64,000 bases of DNA from positions 113,958,001-114,022,000 of the forward strand of contig NC_058368.1 in the NCBI RefSeq assembly GCF_018350175.1. The letters are read 5' to 3'. The position numbers were made by a program, and so were the translations under genes. This stretch comes from Felis catus. Taxonomy: Eukaryota. The notes under the pieces are model-generated. The model was not told the origin of the DNA. It saw only the letters and a list, made by a program, of their open reading frames with translations, and searched no databases. This document shows, one piece after another, positions 38,392 to 50,917 of this stretch (positions are counted from its first letter, which is position 1; each line of letters begins with the position of its first letter).

Positions 38392-41070
38392 ATGTACACA
38401 AACACAACAGATTTTTGTAGACTGACTTCGCACCCTACAACTTTACTGAATGTGTTTATTAATTCAAACAGGTTCTTGATGGAGATCTTTGTAGAGTTTT
38501 CTACATATAATACCATGTCATACCATGCAAATTGTGACAAGTTTTACCTTTTCCTTTCCAATTTAGATCCTTTTTATTTCTTTTCCTTGCCTAATTGCTC
38601 TGGCTAGGAGTTCCAGTACTATGCTGAATATAACTGGTGAAGTGGACATCCTTGTCTTGTTCCTGACCTTAGAGGAAAAGATTTCAGCTGTTCACCATTG
38701 AGTATGATGTTCACTGTGGTTTTGTCATATATGGCCTTTATCATGTTGAGGTACATTTCTTCTATATATAATTTGTGGAGAGTTTTTATTATAAATGGAT
38801 GATGAATTCTGGCAAATGTTTTTTTTTTTTTTTGCTTCTACTGAGATAATCATATAATTTTTATCCTTCATTTTGTTGATGTGGTATATCACAGTGACTG
38901 ATTTGCAGATGCTGAACAATTCTTGCCACCCTGGAATAAATCCCACTTGATCACAATGTATGATCCTTTTAATCTACTGTTTTTGACTACTTCAGTTTGC
39001 TAATATTTTGTTAAGAATTTTTGTATCTATGTTAATCAGAGATATTGGCCTGTAATATTCTTGTGGCATCCTTGTCTGGTTTTAGTATTAGGATAATTGT
39101 GCCCTCATAAAGTGAGTTTGGAAGAGTTCCTTCCTCTGTTATAACTAATAAACAAATTTAGTAAAGTTGCAAAATAGAAAATCAATACACGAAAATCTAC
39201 TGCATTCTATATACTAATAATGAACTATCAGAAAGAGAAATAAAAACACTATCCCATTTACAACTGCATCCAAAAAGAAATACTTAGGGAGAAATTAAAC
39301 CAAGGAGGTGAAAGGTCTGTATACTGAAAACTGTAAGACATGAACAAAAGCAATTTAAAAAGATACAACCAAAAGGAAAGATATCCCATGCTCAGTTAGA
39401 ATATCATTAAAATGTCCATACTACCTGAAGCAATCTACAGATTCAGTGTAACCTCTATGAAAATTCCAATGGCATTTTTCAAAGATATAGAACAAATACT
39501 CCTAAATCTTGCATGGAAATACAAAATACCCCCAAATAGGCCCAGTAATCTTGAGAAAGAAGAACAAAACTGGACGCATCATGCTCCTTGATTTCAAGCT
39601 ACATTACAAAGCTATAGTAATCAAAATAATATGGTATTACCACAAAAACAGACACAGAGACCAACAGAACAGAGAACCTAGAAATAAACCCATATATAAA
39701 TGATCGATTAATTTCTGGCAAAGAGTCAAGAATACAAAGTGGGGAAGGGCACCTGGGTGGCTCACTTGGTTAAGCATCCGACTTCAGCTCAGGTCATGAT
39801 CTTGTGGTTTGTGAGTTCGAGCCCTGCATTGGGCTCTGTGCTGACAGCTCAAAGCTTAAAGCCTGCTTCAGAATCTGTTGACTCCCTCTTTCTCTGCCCC
39901 TCCCCTGCTCACGCTCTATCTCTGTCTCTCAAAAAAATAAAGTTAAAAAGAAAAAATGCACAGTGGGGAAAGGACAGTCCTTTTAGTAAATGAGGTTGGG
40001 AAAATTGGAAAGCCACACACAAAAGAGTAAAACTAAACCAGTACCTGACACCATACACAAAAAATCAACGCAAAACTGATTAAAAACTTGAATGTAAGAC
40101 CTGAAACCATAAAATTCCTAGAAGAAAACATCAGCAGTAAGCTCTTTGACAAAGGTCTTGGCAATGACTTTTTGTTAATCTGACAACAAAAGCAAAAATA
40201 AATGAAATCACATCATACTAAAACTCTTGTTCACAGCAAACAGTCAACAAAATAAAAAGGCAACCTACTGAATGGGAGAAAATATTTTCAACTCATATCT
40301 CTGATAAGGGGCTAATATCCAAAATATATGAAGAACTCATATAACTCAACTGCATAAAAACAATCCAATTTAAAAATGGGCAGAGGATCTGAATAGACAT
40401 CTTTCTAAGGAAGGCATACAGATGGCCAACAGGTACATGAAAAGATGATCAACATCACTCATCATCAGAGAAATGCAAATCAAAACCTCATACCTGTTGG
40501 AATGGCTAGTATCAAAAAGACAAAAAATACCAAGTGTGGAGAAAAGGGAGCCAGAGTGCACTGTTGATGGGAATGTAAATTGTATAGCCACAATGGAAAA
40601 CAGTATGGATGTTCCTCAAAAAATCGACAATGAAACTACATTTGATCCAGCAAATTCCACTTCTGAAGAAAATGAAAACACTAACTCAAAAAGATATCTA
40701 TATATCTGCACACCCACGTTCACTATAACATTTTTCACAATAAACAAGGCATGGAAACAACCGTAAGGTTGTATGTATGTATGTGTATACACACACACGT
40801 ACAGTGGAGTATTATTCAACCATAAAAAAGAAATCTTACCATTTGTGACAACATGGATGGACCCCATTGGCATTACAAGTGAAATAAGTTGGAAAGAGAA
40901 AGAAAGATACTGCATGATCTCTCTCAGAATCTAAAAAATCAAAACAAAACAAGCAAGCTCATAGAGAAGAGACTAGTCATCATCAGAGGCAGGGGTGAGG
41001 GGAGAGAGAAATGGGTGAAGGGGGTCTATAGGCAAAAAGAAGTTATTTTCAAAAGTAATCAAATAAACAT
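38392..41070. mobile_element. Bipartite L1 (minus 38392-39140, plus 39141-41070) inside a MIR
   Basis: Minus-strand RT peptide [35 protein letters not shown], plus-strand downstream ORF2 and 3' UTR. MIR-like sequence is interrupted at ~38392 and resumes at ~41095. Confidence 0.85.
39747..39950 (+). mobile_element. CanSINE within L1
   Basis: SINEC head, body and tail; duplicated agtgggga. Confidence 0.9.
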
Positions 41071-41675
41071 GAGTTCCACCAGAACATACACCATACATGT
41101 GAAGAAACTAAGGTTCTGAGAGTTAAATGGCTTGACCACAGCCTCAAAGGTTTGAACCCAGGTGTGCCTGACTCCAAAGACCAGTATTAACTACTGTGCA
41201 TGGCAGGCATTTTCTCCCTCTTACTACTTCCATTTCAGAGATAAGCCAACTGAGGCTGAGAGAAAGAAAGCAACTGGCTCAAGATCACCCAGTTGACTAG
41301 GGGACCAAGTGGGACATGGAACCAGGTCCTCATAAGCCTGGCTTAACACCTCTTCCACCTCACCTATCAACGGGAGAACAACAGCAAATGAACTCCTTAA
41401 AGATATTAACACAGGCTGGTATCTAATGCTTCCAAACACTTACTACTATAAAATCCTTTACTATAGACTCCTCTGGTCCCTTGGCTTACCAATCAGACCT
41501 AGCCAAAGACTGCTCTTGGGGACAGCTGGGAGCACACCACTGGACCCCATCTGAGTCAAAGAAAAACCAGACCAACTATACCAGCAAGCAGGGGGCTTCA
41601 CACCATTGTTAGTACTTTGTGAACACTCAAATTCAGGACCTTTGTAAAAATTCCTTCCTCTCTGGAATCAGCAGC

Positions 41676-41693
41676 TGGTGCCCTCTGCTGGCA
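41676..41693 (-). promoter_or_regulatory. CTCF binding motif
   Basis: Minus strand TGCCAGCAGAGGGCACCA matches the CCASYAGRKGGCRS core exactly, in non-repeat sequence between the two genes. Confidence 0.65.
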
Positions 41694-41934
41694 AATATGT
41701 ACATCTCTTCATAATAAAAGCTAGACCTAATCACTTACACCAATGACCTAAATAGAGGGAGGCAATCTGCTTCCTTCACAGAATATTCTGTTCAAAAATG
41801 AGTATTAATTCCTACTTACAACTTTTTCATAGGTAGTTTTAATTTTAAATTGACTGCACTGGTTCTCTACCTGCAGAACTCTATCTCCTGTCTCACCTCC
41901 TTGGTTCTTTCCTTTCTGGGTACAAAGAAAACTG

Positions 41935-41979
41935 TTTTTGTTTTGTTTTGTTTTGTTTTGTTTTGTTTTGTTTTGTTTT
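41935..41979. repeat. (TTTTG)n repeat
   Basis: Pentanucleotide run. Confidence 0.95.
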
Positions 41980-42644
41980 ACATGAAAATGTAAAATACAG
42001 ATAAGGCATAGCACCAAAATCAAGAATACGTGATGTGTACACGAATGAGGTCAGGTCTGCACATCTAGCAGGTACAGAGAATTGAGAGAGACACAATGCT
42101 TGAACATAATGTAAAACCCATGAGCAAAAATGTTCAAACATTCTGGTCACTCACCACAGCTGCATTCTTACAACGCAGTCTCACGGACTATTTCAGTCTG
42201 TCTATGCAATGGGCTGTACCAGGGAGCTACAACATAAATCCTATATGAATAAAATGCCAAAGAGCTTACAAGCAGGTTGGGGAAATTACACATGGAAACA
42301 TATAAATAATGGTAAAACAACAACATACAACAACAACAAGAGATTCAAGAGAAGTGCAGAAAAGGGACTGGGAACTCAGTGTAGGAGGACACAACTTTCA
42401 ATTTGGGAGAGGAGGGAGCAGGGCCAAAGGAAGAGAAATAAAGGTGCACACTGGGTAAGTAATTTTGTGGAGGTTTAAAAAGGATATTCGTAATTGTAAA
42501 TAGTTGCAACTAGGTAATTACAATTTCTCGTGGCTTCACTTAAAATTAAACAACAACAATTTAAAAGGTTCATTTAATCCTGCTACTTTAATATACTTAC
42601 ATATTATATACTACATTAAATAATACATGTTACTACATATTTTT

Positions 42645-43075
42645 GTAATTTTTTATTGTGGTGGAATATACATATAACTTACCATTTTAACTGTTTTTAA
42701 GTGTACAATTCAGTGGCATTAAGTACATTCACAATGTTGTGCAACCATCACCTCTATTCATCTCCAGAACTTTTTCATCATTCCCACAGAAACTCCACTA
42801 AACAGTTAACTCTCTATTCTCTCTCCTCCCCCAAGGCCCTGGTAATCTCTATTCTTACTTTCTGTTTCTATGAACTAGCCTATTCTAAACACCTCATATA
42901 AGTGCATTCATACAGTTGTCCTTTTGTATCTGGCTTATTTCATTTAGCATAATGCTGTCAAGGTTCACCCATGTTGTAGCATGTGTCAGAATTTCATTTT
43001 TTATGACTGAATAATATTCCACTGTATGTATACACCACATTTTGTTCATCCATTCACCTACTGATGGACAACAGG
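42645..43075 (-). mobile_element. Old L1M 3' end
   Basis: Minus-strand peptide EWMNKMWCIHTVEYYSVIKNEILTHATTWVNLDSIML and L1M 3' UTR. Confidence 0.85.
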
Positions 43076-44327
43076 TTTCTAACACTTCACCCTTTCACAG
43101 AGCACAATCTAGTAAACATTTCTCTGGCACTCTCCACAACCACATTCTTACAATGCAGTCTCACGGACTATTTCAGTCTGTCTATGCAATGGGCTGTACC
43201 AGGGAGCTACAACATAAATCCTACACGAATAGAATGCCAAAAAGCTTACAAGCTGGTTGGAGAAATTATACACATGAAAACATATAACTAACGGCAAACA
43301 ACAACAACAACACAGAGCACAATTTAGTAAACATTTCCCCAATGTTTAACATTTATAGTTTTAATCTCTTTTTATCGACAATGTTATAATAACTGCGCAA
43401 AGGCTATTTCTCCTTTCACTGAATTGTTTTCTTAGGTTAAACTCCTAGTACTGGAGTCCTAGAGCCAAAGGATATGATTAATTTCATAGTTCTTACTAAG
43501 TACATCCATATTTGCCCTCCTTATTCATCAACTTACCCAGCCTATGGAGAAGTTACTGTCTGCAATTTCAGTTGTAAAGTACAAAACTGTGATTAAAATC
43601 ATTTGGAAGGTAACAAACAAATATTTCTACCAATTGAAAATAAAAGCTTTCAAGCTCACAGCTATATGGATCCAGAGATTTGAGGGCAACTGGCTGTGAC
43701 TCTGAAGTCAGAAAGCAGAAATTGAGAAGACAGAGATCTGTCAAATGGGCATTTTTGCCATAATCTCCCTTCTGTGACCCAAGTCTCATCTTCTATTTAT
43801 CAAATTCTTTTCATTAAAAGATCAGGACAGGATAACTTCCTTCCCAAGGGAGTAATACAAAGTCATAAAATCAGACCAGCTTGCTATACATTTCATTGCA
43901 GAGACTTTACAAGCAAACAAAATGTGATCCTTCTAACATACTGACATAACTACATCTGTTAGGGGATGCTGCTGCTTCTAATAGTTACATTTCTTTTCTC
44001 CCTAAGGAATCATTTATGGTGCCTATGTCAACAATTTCCTTTACTTAGATCATTTTAAAGACCGATATAAGGCGGTCCTTTTTATAAACTTGCTTACAAA
44101 GGATGTACATGATGGCAGTGAGTCTTCCCATGCTCAAAACTGCCAGAAGCCGCTCAAAACTGCTCGAAGATGCAATAAATGAAAAGACCTAGAGCTTTTA
44201 AAGAAATTAACAAAGTAAAAACTTCTCAGAAGAGCTCTCCATTCAACATAGGGCTGGCTGACCTATGCGATAGGTTTTTTGAAAACTCCACCTTCTACGC
44301 ACAACCTGATGTTTTCCACTTAAATTG

Positions 44328-44330
<3 letters not shown>

Positions 44331-44378
<48 letters not shown>
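44331..44378. repeat. (CA)n microsatellite
   Basis: Uninterrupted AC run. Confidence 0.95.
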
Positions 44379-44380
<2 letters not shown>

Positions 44381-44384
44381 CACC

Positions 44385-44835
44385 TGTGTCTGGTGTTCCC
44401 AAGACCAACACAACACTGAGAGACTAGCTACAAGAAATCACAGAACTCAGCACTAAGTGTACTCACAACTAAAGTTTAATAGTCACATAGTTAAGGACAC
44501 ACAGTCCAATCATAAGGAAAAAAGACACAGGTAGTCTAGAGGAATCCATGTACAAAACCTCTTTTTGCTCTCTCCCTACCATGAGGGGTCACAGAGAATA
44601 CGCTTCTGTGTAATGTTGCTGCCAAGGACTCAGTACTCAAGGTTTTATAGGCACCCACTATCTAGCACTTATCAAAATTCCAGACTCCCAGAAGGAAAGA
44701 AGGTGTTTAGCATAGATCAGATTGCAAGTGAACCTAGACAGTCTAGACACAGTGGACCACCCTTCTCAGTTAGGAACATTCCCTCAATCGAAGTGCCCTG
44801 ACAAGGGTCAATCTTGCAAGGAGGCCCTCTACAGA
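44385..44835. mobile_element. Probable degenerate LTR (MER21-like)
   Basis: Sequence such as ggtgttcccaagaccaaca and caaaattccagactcccagaaggaaag resembles MER21-class LTRs, from memory only. Confidence 0.45.
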
Positions 44836-46150
44836 GAGCACAGCACCAATTAAAGATTCATTTCAGCCAAATATAATCAATCTCTCTCATATATACACAC
44901 ATATATATGTATACACACACACATACATATATATTACACATACACACATAGAATTAAAGAGATTGTGGGTTTTTTCACCTTAGGCCAAGTTCCTCTCGTT
45001 GCTTTGCTCATTAACCCTCATTGAAAGCAACTATACCAAAGGAAAAGGAATTCTGTTCTAACAGATGGAAAGCCAGAGAGACTATTAAAATTCAAGGCAG
45101 ATAATTACACTCCTCTGTTCAAACTCTGAAATGGTGCACCATTCATGTGGCAAAAGCCAAAATCCTTACAACAGCTTCCAAGTCCCAGCATGGTCTGGCC
45201 ACTCTCTGACCTGATCAGTCACTCCTTTGCTCCTCTTCCCCCACCATCACCAACTTGCTCGTCCTCAAAAAGGTCAGGCACAATACTACCCCAGAGCTTC
45301 TGCTTTCCTAATCCTCTACCTGTAATGCTCTTCCCCTATATATCTGCACTAGTCACTTCCCCATTTCCTTAAAGTGTTTCCTCAATTGTCACTTTCTCTG
45401 AGAGACCTACCTATACCACCCTATTTTAAAATGCACTATTTTCACAAACATCCTGCCTTACAGCACTCCCTATTCCTTAAGTTAATTTTTCTATACCATT
45501 CACTCATCATCTTCTAACATACCATACAATTTATTGTATTTCATTGTCTGTCTCTCTCCACTAAAATATAAACCCTACTGAGGGCAGGGATTTTTGTCTC
45601 TTGTTCACTGCTGTATTTTCAGCTAAATCATAGGCAGAAGAATCATAACTTTAACCTAACACAGTAGGAAATAAGGACACTAAATTTCAAACAATGTGAG
45701 AAAACTCATGACAAGAAAGGAAAGTAACAGTGCAAATAGCTAGGTCTTCTCCAAGTTTGATGGTGCCTGGAAGATCAAGTCATTAGAAAATGTGGAAGGG
45801 ATTTAAAATTTTTCACTAACAAAATAAAACACAGGTGTTAATAAAAGGAATTATTTACAAGGCTGTGGACACAGGAATATCAACAATGTCTGGGAACCAT
45901 CTTGGGGTTAGCAACAGCAAGTCTGAAGTGACTATAGGAGGGAGGAGTTACCAGGAGCCAGAACCTAGAGCTGTGAGAGAGAGCTATTGGAATAGAGCTG
46001 TGGCCAATGAAAATCTGTCTGCTGAGTACAAATGTGTATTTGGGGAGCAGGAGGAACATATATGTGGACCTCACCTCTCTCTCACTCTTAAGATCTCCTG
46101 CTGGTTTCTCCCAGTGCCTAATCCCAAGAAGCCAAAGAAGAGAGTATGCA

Positions 46151-47086
46151 TCAACAGTGCAAGAGGGTTACCGTTTCTCCACATCCTCTCCAGCATCTAT
46201 AGTCTCCTGATTGATTCATTTTAGCCACTCCGACTGGTGTGAGGTAGTATCTCAGTGTGGTTTTGATTTGTAGTTCCCTGATGAGGCGTGACATCGAGTA
46301 TCTTTTCATGGCCTGTTGGCCATCTGGAGGTCTTCTTTAGAGAAGTGTCTATTCATGTTTTCTGCCCATTTCTTCACCGGATTGTTTTTCGGGTGTGGAG
46401 TTTGGTCCTTTATAGATTTTGGATACTAGCCCTTTGATATGTCATTTGCAAATATCTTTTCCCATTCCGTCGGTTGCCTTTTAGTTTTGTTGATTGTTTC
46501 CTTTGCAGTGCAGAAGCTCTTTAACTTCTTCATGAGGTCCCAATAGTTCATTTTTGCTTTTAATTCCCTTGCCTTTGGAGATGACGTGTCAAGTATAGGG
46601 GCACTTGTACCCCAATGTTTATAGCAGCACTTTCAACAACAGCCAAAGTATGGAAAGAGCCTAAATGTCCATCAACTGATGAATGGATAAAGAAACTGTG
46701 GTTTATATATACAATGGAATACTGCTTGGCAATGAGAAAGAATGAAATATGGCCTTTTGTAGCAACATGGATGGAAGTGGAGAGTGTTACGTTAAGTGAA
46801 CTAAGTCATACAGAGAAAGACAGATACCATATGTTTTCACTCTTATGTGGATCCTGAGAAACTTAACAGAAGACCACAGGGGAGGGGAAGGAAAAAGAAA
46901 AGTTAGGGAGGGAGGGAGCCAAACCATAAGAGACCCTTAAAAACTGAGAATAAACTGAGGGTTGATGGAGGGTAGGAGGGAGGGGAAAGTGTGTGATGGG
47001 CATTGAGGAGGGCACCCGTTGGGATGAGCACTGGGTGTTGTATGGAAACCAATTTGACAATAAGTTTCATATTAAAAAAAAAAAAA
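46151..47086 (+). mobile_element. Carnivore L1 with 5' inversion (minus 46151-~46593, plus ~46594-47086)
   Basis: Antisense ORF2 segment joined to sense ORF2 C-terminus, 3' UTR and poly-A. Flanked by agagtatgca and agtgtatgca. Confidence 0.9.
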
Positions 47087-48279
47087 GTGTATGCAGTTCT
47101 TTAAGAATCAAGTTCCCAAGAACACCTTAAGAGAAAGATGGAGAGTGGGCCTGGAGAGGCAAAGAGTAATAGTTAGCATAGTAACCATTTTGTAAAGCTA
47201 TGTGCAAAAGACACAATACATTAAAGTGCTTACCAGCATCTTCACCTATGTTCCAAACCTTCCTTCTAAATCTCTTCTTCCCATTCCCAGGGGCATCAAC
47301 CATCCTCCGAGTTACACAGTAATTCTCATTAAACTACTCCTTCCTTCCTTGTTCCCTACATATCCAGTCATATGACAATTTTACTTTCACAGCTTCCTAC
47401 AAATCCCCTCAGTTAATTTCCAGCACTACCCCCCTTGTTCATGATCTCTTTTCTTACCTGATTAACAACAGTTGTCTTAACAACCTTGTCACCCAAAATA
47501 TCATTGAAATGCCAACTATTTTACTCAGTGCTAGGGAGTTAATCTGTCTAAATTGCACTCACTACCACTATTATTGCTCAGTAACCTCTAGTGACTTCCA
47601 CTGCCTGCCAGATAAGGTCCAAACTCCTTAGCATACAACTCAAAGACCTGAGTAATGTGGTTTCAACTTCTTCCAATTTATTTTCCACAAATCTCCTTTA
47701 CCCTTAGTACAAATTAGCCATGTGTATCTGAAGTTTAGTGGGAACAGCATGAACATCAAAATCAGACGTGGATTCAACCCCAACTCAACCTTTTTGCCAG
47801 GTGAGTGGCCTTGAAAAAGTTACTGAATCTTTCTGAGGTGAGCTTCAGCCACCAATCTGTGAAGGAGTGGATTAGCGAATGGATCCAGTCAGAACATTTG
47901 TAAATGTAATTAGTACAGTGCTTAGCACACAGGCTCCAGGTAACTGCCTATTTGTCCCTTTACCTGCAATTACCTCTTTCTTCCCAATCGTCTCCATCTG
48001 GCCAATTTTTTATTGGCCAGTGCTCTATCCTCCACAATGCTGTTCTTGATCCTTCTTCCTACCTGGAAGTCACTTCTCCTCAACATTAACATAATTTATA
48101 CCTTCCTTATAACAAATACTTAAACACTTACAGGTAGCTATCATGGTTCATCTCTCTCCTACTGGAGTTAAAACAGCAGAGGTTTAGGGGGCTCCCATAT
48201 TCAAGCTCACCCAACAAGTGAAGGGCAAAGCCTGGGTTAAAAACAGTATTTTTAATCGCAGTATTAAGAATGATCTACA

Positions 48280-48489
48280 GGGGCGCCTGGGTGGCGCAGT
48301 CGGTTAAGCGTCCGACTTCAGCCAGGTCATGATCTCGCACTCCGTGAGTTCGAGGCCCGCGTCAGGCTCTGGGCTGATGGCTCAGAGCCTGGAGCCTGCT
48401 TCAGATTCTGTGTCTCCCTCTCTCTCTGCCCCTCCCCCGTTCATGCTCTGTCTCTCTCTGTCCCAAAAATAAACGTTGAAAAAAAAAAT
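48280..48489 (+). mobile_element. Young SINEC_Fc with TSD
   Basis: Near-consensus copy with perfect duplication ttaagaatgatctacag. Confidence 0.95.
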
Positions 48490-49968
48490 TTTAAGAATGA
48501 TCTACAGACTATATATGCCTATGTCACTACTCTTTTTGAGACAGTTAGTTATTCATTCACCTCATTAACTGTGCAAATATCGTGTGGTTGGGGGTTAAAT
48601 AAAGGTACACCTTTTGCTAGGCAGTCGTAACTGTTATCAGAGGTCATAATGTTAACATTACTATGTGCCAGACAAGATAGTTTAAGTCCTTTAAATGGAT
48701 TTTTTCACTCAATCTATTCAACAACTCTGTGAGACAGGTATCAGTAGAAGTCTCTCCTTTTTGAAGACAAGGAAACTGAAGTTCAGGCCAAATTGTTCAA
48801 GGTCACAAAACTAGAAAGTGACATCTTCAGACATCTTGTCTATTTGATGCAAAAAAAAAAAAAAAAAAGTCCTTAAGGACTATGAAATATTAAATCAGAT
48901 GCTTACTCTGAGGCCAATTATATTTGCAACATAAGCATCAGAAAAAAAAATGCATCTTTCATATGGTATCCAAATAAGTAATCAGGGAAAGAGTGAAGTT
49001 TTAATAAAATCCAAGAATGTACACTAAATAACAATGGAACTAACTCCAATTTGTATGGTGTAAACAACCTAAACGGTGCCATGATGCTAAAAAGGAAAGG
49101 ATCCACCATTTCAAAAGAAATTGAATTCCAATCAGAATGCAAGTTATTTGAAGACAGAAATCATGTGTGTCTCACTGCTGTGTATCTCCAGAGCCTAGAT
49201 GTCTTTTGCACAAAGGTAATCAATACCTGATAAAACTGATGGTAAACACTGGAAAATACACATGTCGTTTAAATGGTAAAAGTTCACATCAGAGAATTTT
49301 AGAGCAGATGGATGTCACAAAACTCTTTCGGGTGGTTTTCGGAGGGAGGGGGTGGTGTTTGTTTTAAGCAAACCGAACTGATAAAACAATCAAAGGAGCC
49401 TAAGAAAACCTGCCTAGGTAGAAAAGGAAGCACAGATAAGAATGCCTAGCAAGGTATCTTCTTGAATCTTTTTGTTCTTTGAATATTCAACTCATCCAGC
49501 TCCAAGTGCAAGTAAAAAAGGAGCTATAAAAGTAAGTACATGAGACTCAAGCGCCCTTTCTACCCTTCCTACTTTGGGATTTCTATTTTAAGAGCAGTTT
49601 TCAAATATCTCCTTTTTATGATAAACGTTTTATCTAGTAGCATTTAAATTCTCATTTAGGGAAAATGTGAAGTTCACCCAAAAGCAAGTTCCAAAGTCAA
49701 AGGCTAATTTTCTGAAACCAGTTAGTTGTATGTCTCTCTTTGAAATGAGCAATAAATTCTATTTCCCAACAAATTCCACACGTTATATTTAGTAAAAGAC
49801 TAAATTTAAGCATCAAGAACATTCACAATGTGCTAAAGTCAAATTCAATTTGAGGCTAATAATTCATGCCCACTTATTTCTCAAATACTGCCTCCCCCCA
49901 AATTATACAAATATTAACTCCATTTTAAAAATCAAATTTAGAGAACATATAACTTTTCAATTATGGCA

Positions 49969-50020
49969 AATTCAGTTTCTTTTCTATAAGAAACTTTTCT
50001 TATAGAAAAGAAACTGAATT
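49969..50020. repeat. Perfect 25-bp inverted repeat with 2-nt spacer
   Basis: aattcagtttcttttctataagaaa-ct-tttcttatagaaaagaaactgaatt. Confidence 0.95.
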
Positions 50021-50845
50021 AAAAAGAAACTGAATTACTGTAGAAGTTATTTCTAACAAAATTATATTTTAAAATCAACTAATAAGTCAAAATATTGGAA
50101 AGATATTTACAAGATGAAAATGCAAGAATGGTAAGGATGCTGCTAACTTTAGCTTAATAAAAGGGGTCTTCAAAATATGAATTATACTCCTTATGGAAAG
50201 ATTCATTAATATGCACTGATTATCATTTCCCACTTAATATTTCAACCGTTTTGGTTTTCTAACATTGAATACTTTTAAGCTCTGCCTCCCTTAAGCTGAT
50301 TTTGCTATCAATACTTCACAAAAACCATCAATCATAAAATGATGCAAAATAATTTCAAAAAATAAATGATGTGCTTTTAAGGTCTTTGTGGTCTAGTAAT
50401 GGCAAGAAAAAATGTAAACAGCCCAATACATCATGATCTGCATTTTGGTCTAAGCTGTGGAATGTCCTTGACCAACTCAACCTAAATGACAAAACTAGTG
50501 CAAATGTCTCTCATGTTTAACATTGTGGGTCAGTGAAATGACCCACAAAAAGAAGTCCCCACTACTGCTTATATGTCTGACTAAAATGCTCACACTCTAT
50601 CATAATTGTTTAAATTCCCACCACCCAAACTAAACCGTGGGTATCATGTTGTGAGCAAGGGCTCATCCTTACTTTTTAGCTAAGTCATGTCCAATAAATT
50701 GTTTAATGAATTATAGGAACTCATCCAAAGATTCCTCTTCAAAGCTGTTACTGAGTAATTACCAAACAAGACTAAAAACTAAGAGTATGAAATTGAAAAG
50801 GATCTAAGCAATTAGTCCCCACATCACAGGAAAAAGAAGTCCAAA

Positions 50846-50917
50846 GAAAATAAATTGACTTACCAAGGTTAAATAGTAAACGAAAATAAGTGGACTTACC
50901 AAGGTTAAATAATAAGA
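50846..50917. repeat. Imperfect 36-bp tandem duplication
   Basis: Shared core gacttaccaaggttaaata at a 36-bp period. Confidence 0.85.

Noticed and set aside
42136..43337. Repeats as a CRISPR-like array
   Set aside because: Only two copies of each unit, in a mammalian context with no repeat-spacer periodicity.
49969..50020. Palindrome as a pre-miRNA
   Set aside because: A 2-nt loop, perfect AT-rich stem and adjacent duplication fit a mutational origin better. I recognised no miRNA in the window, including the KLHL3-intronic miR-874.
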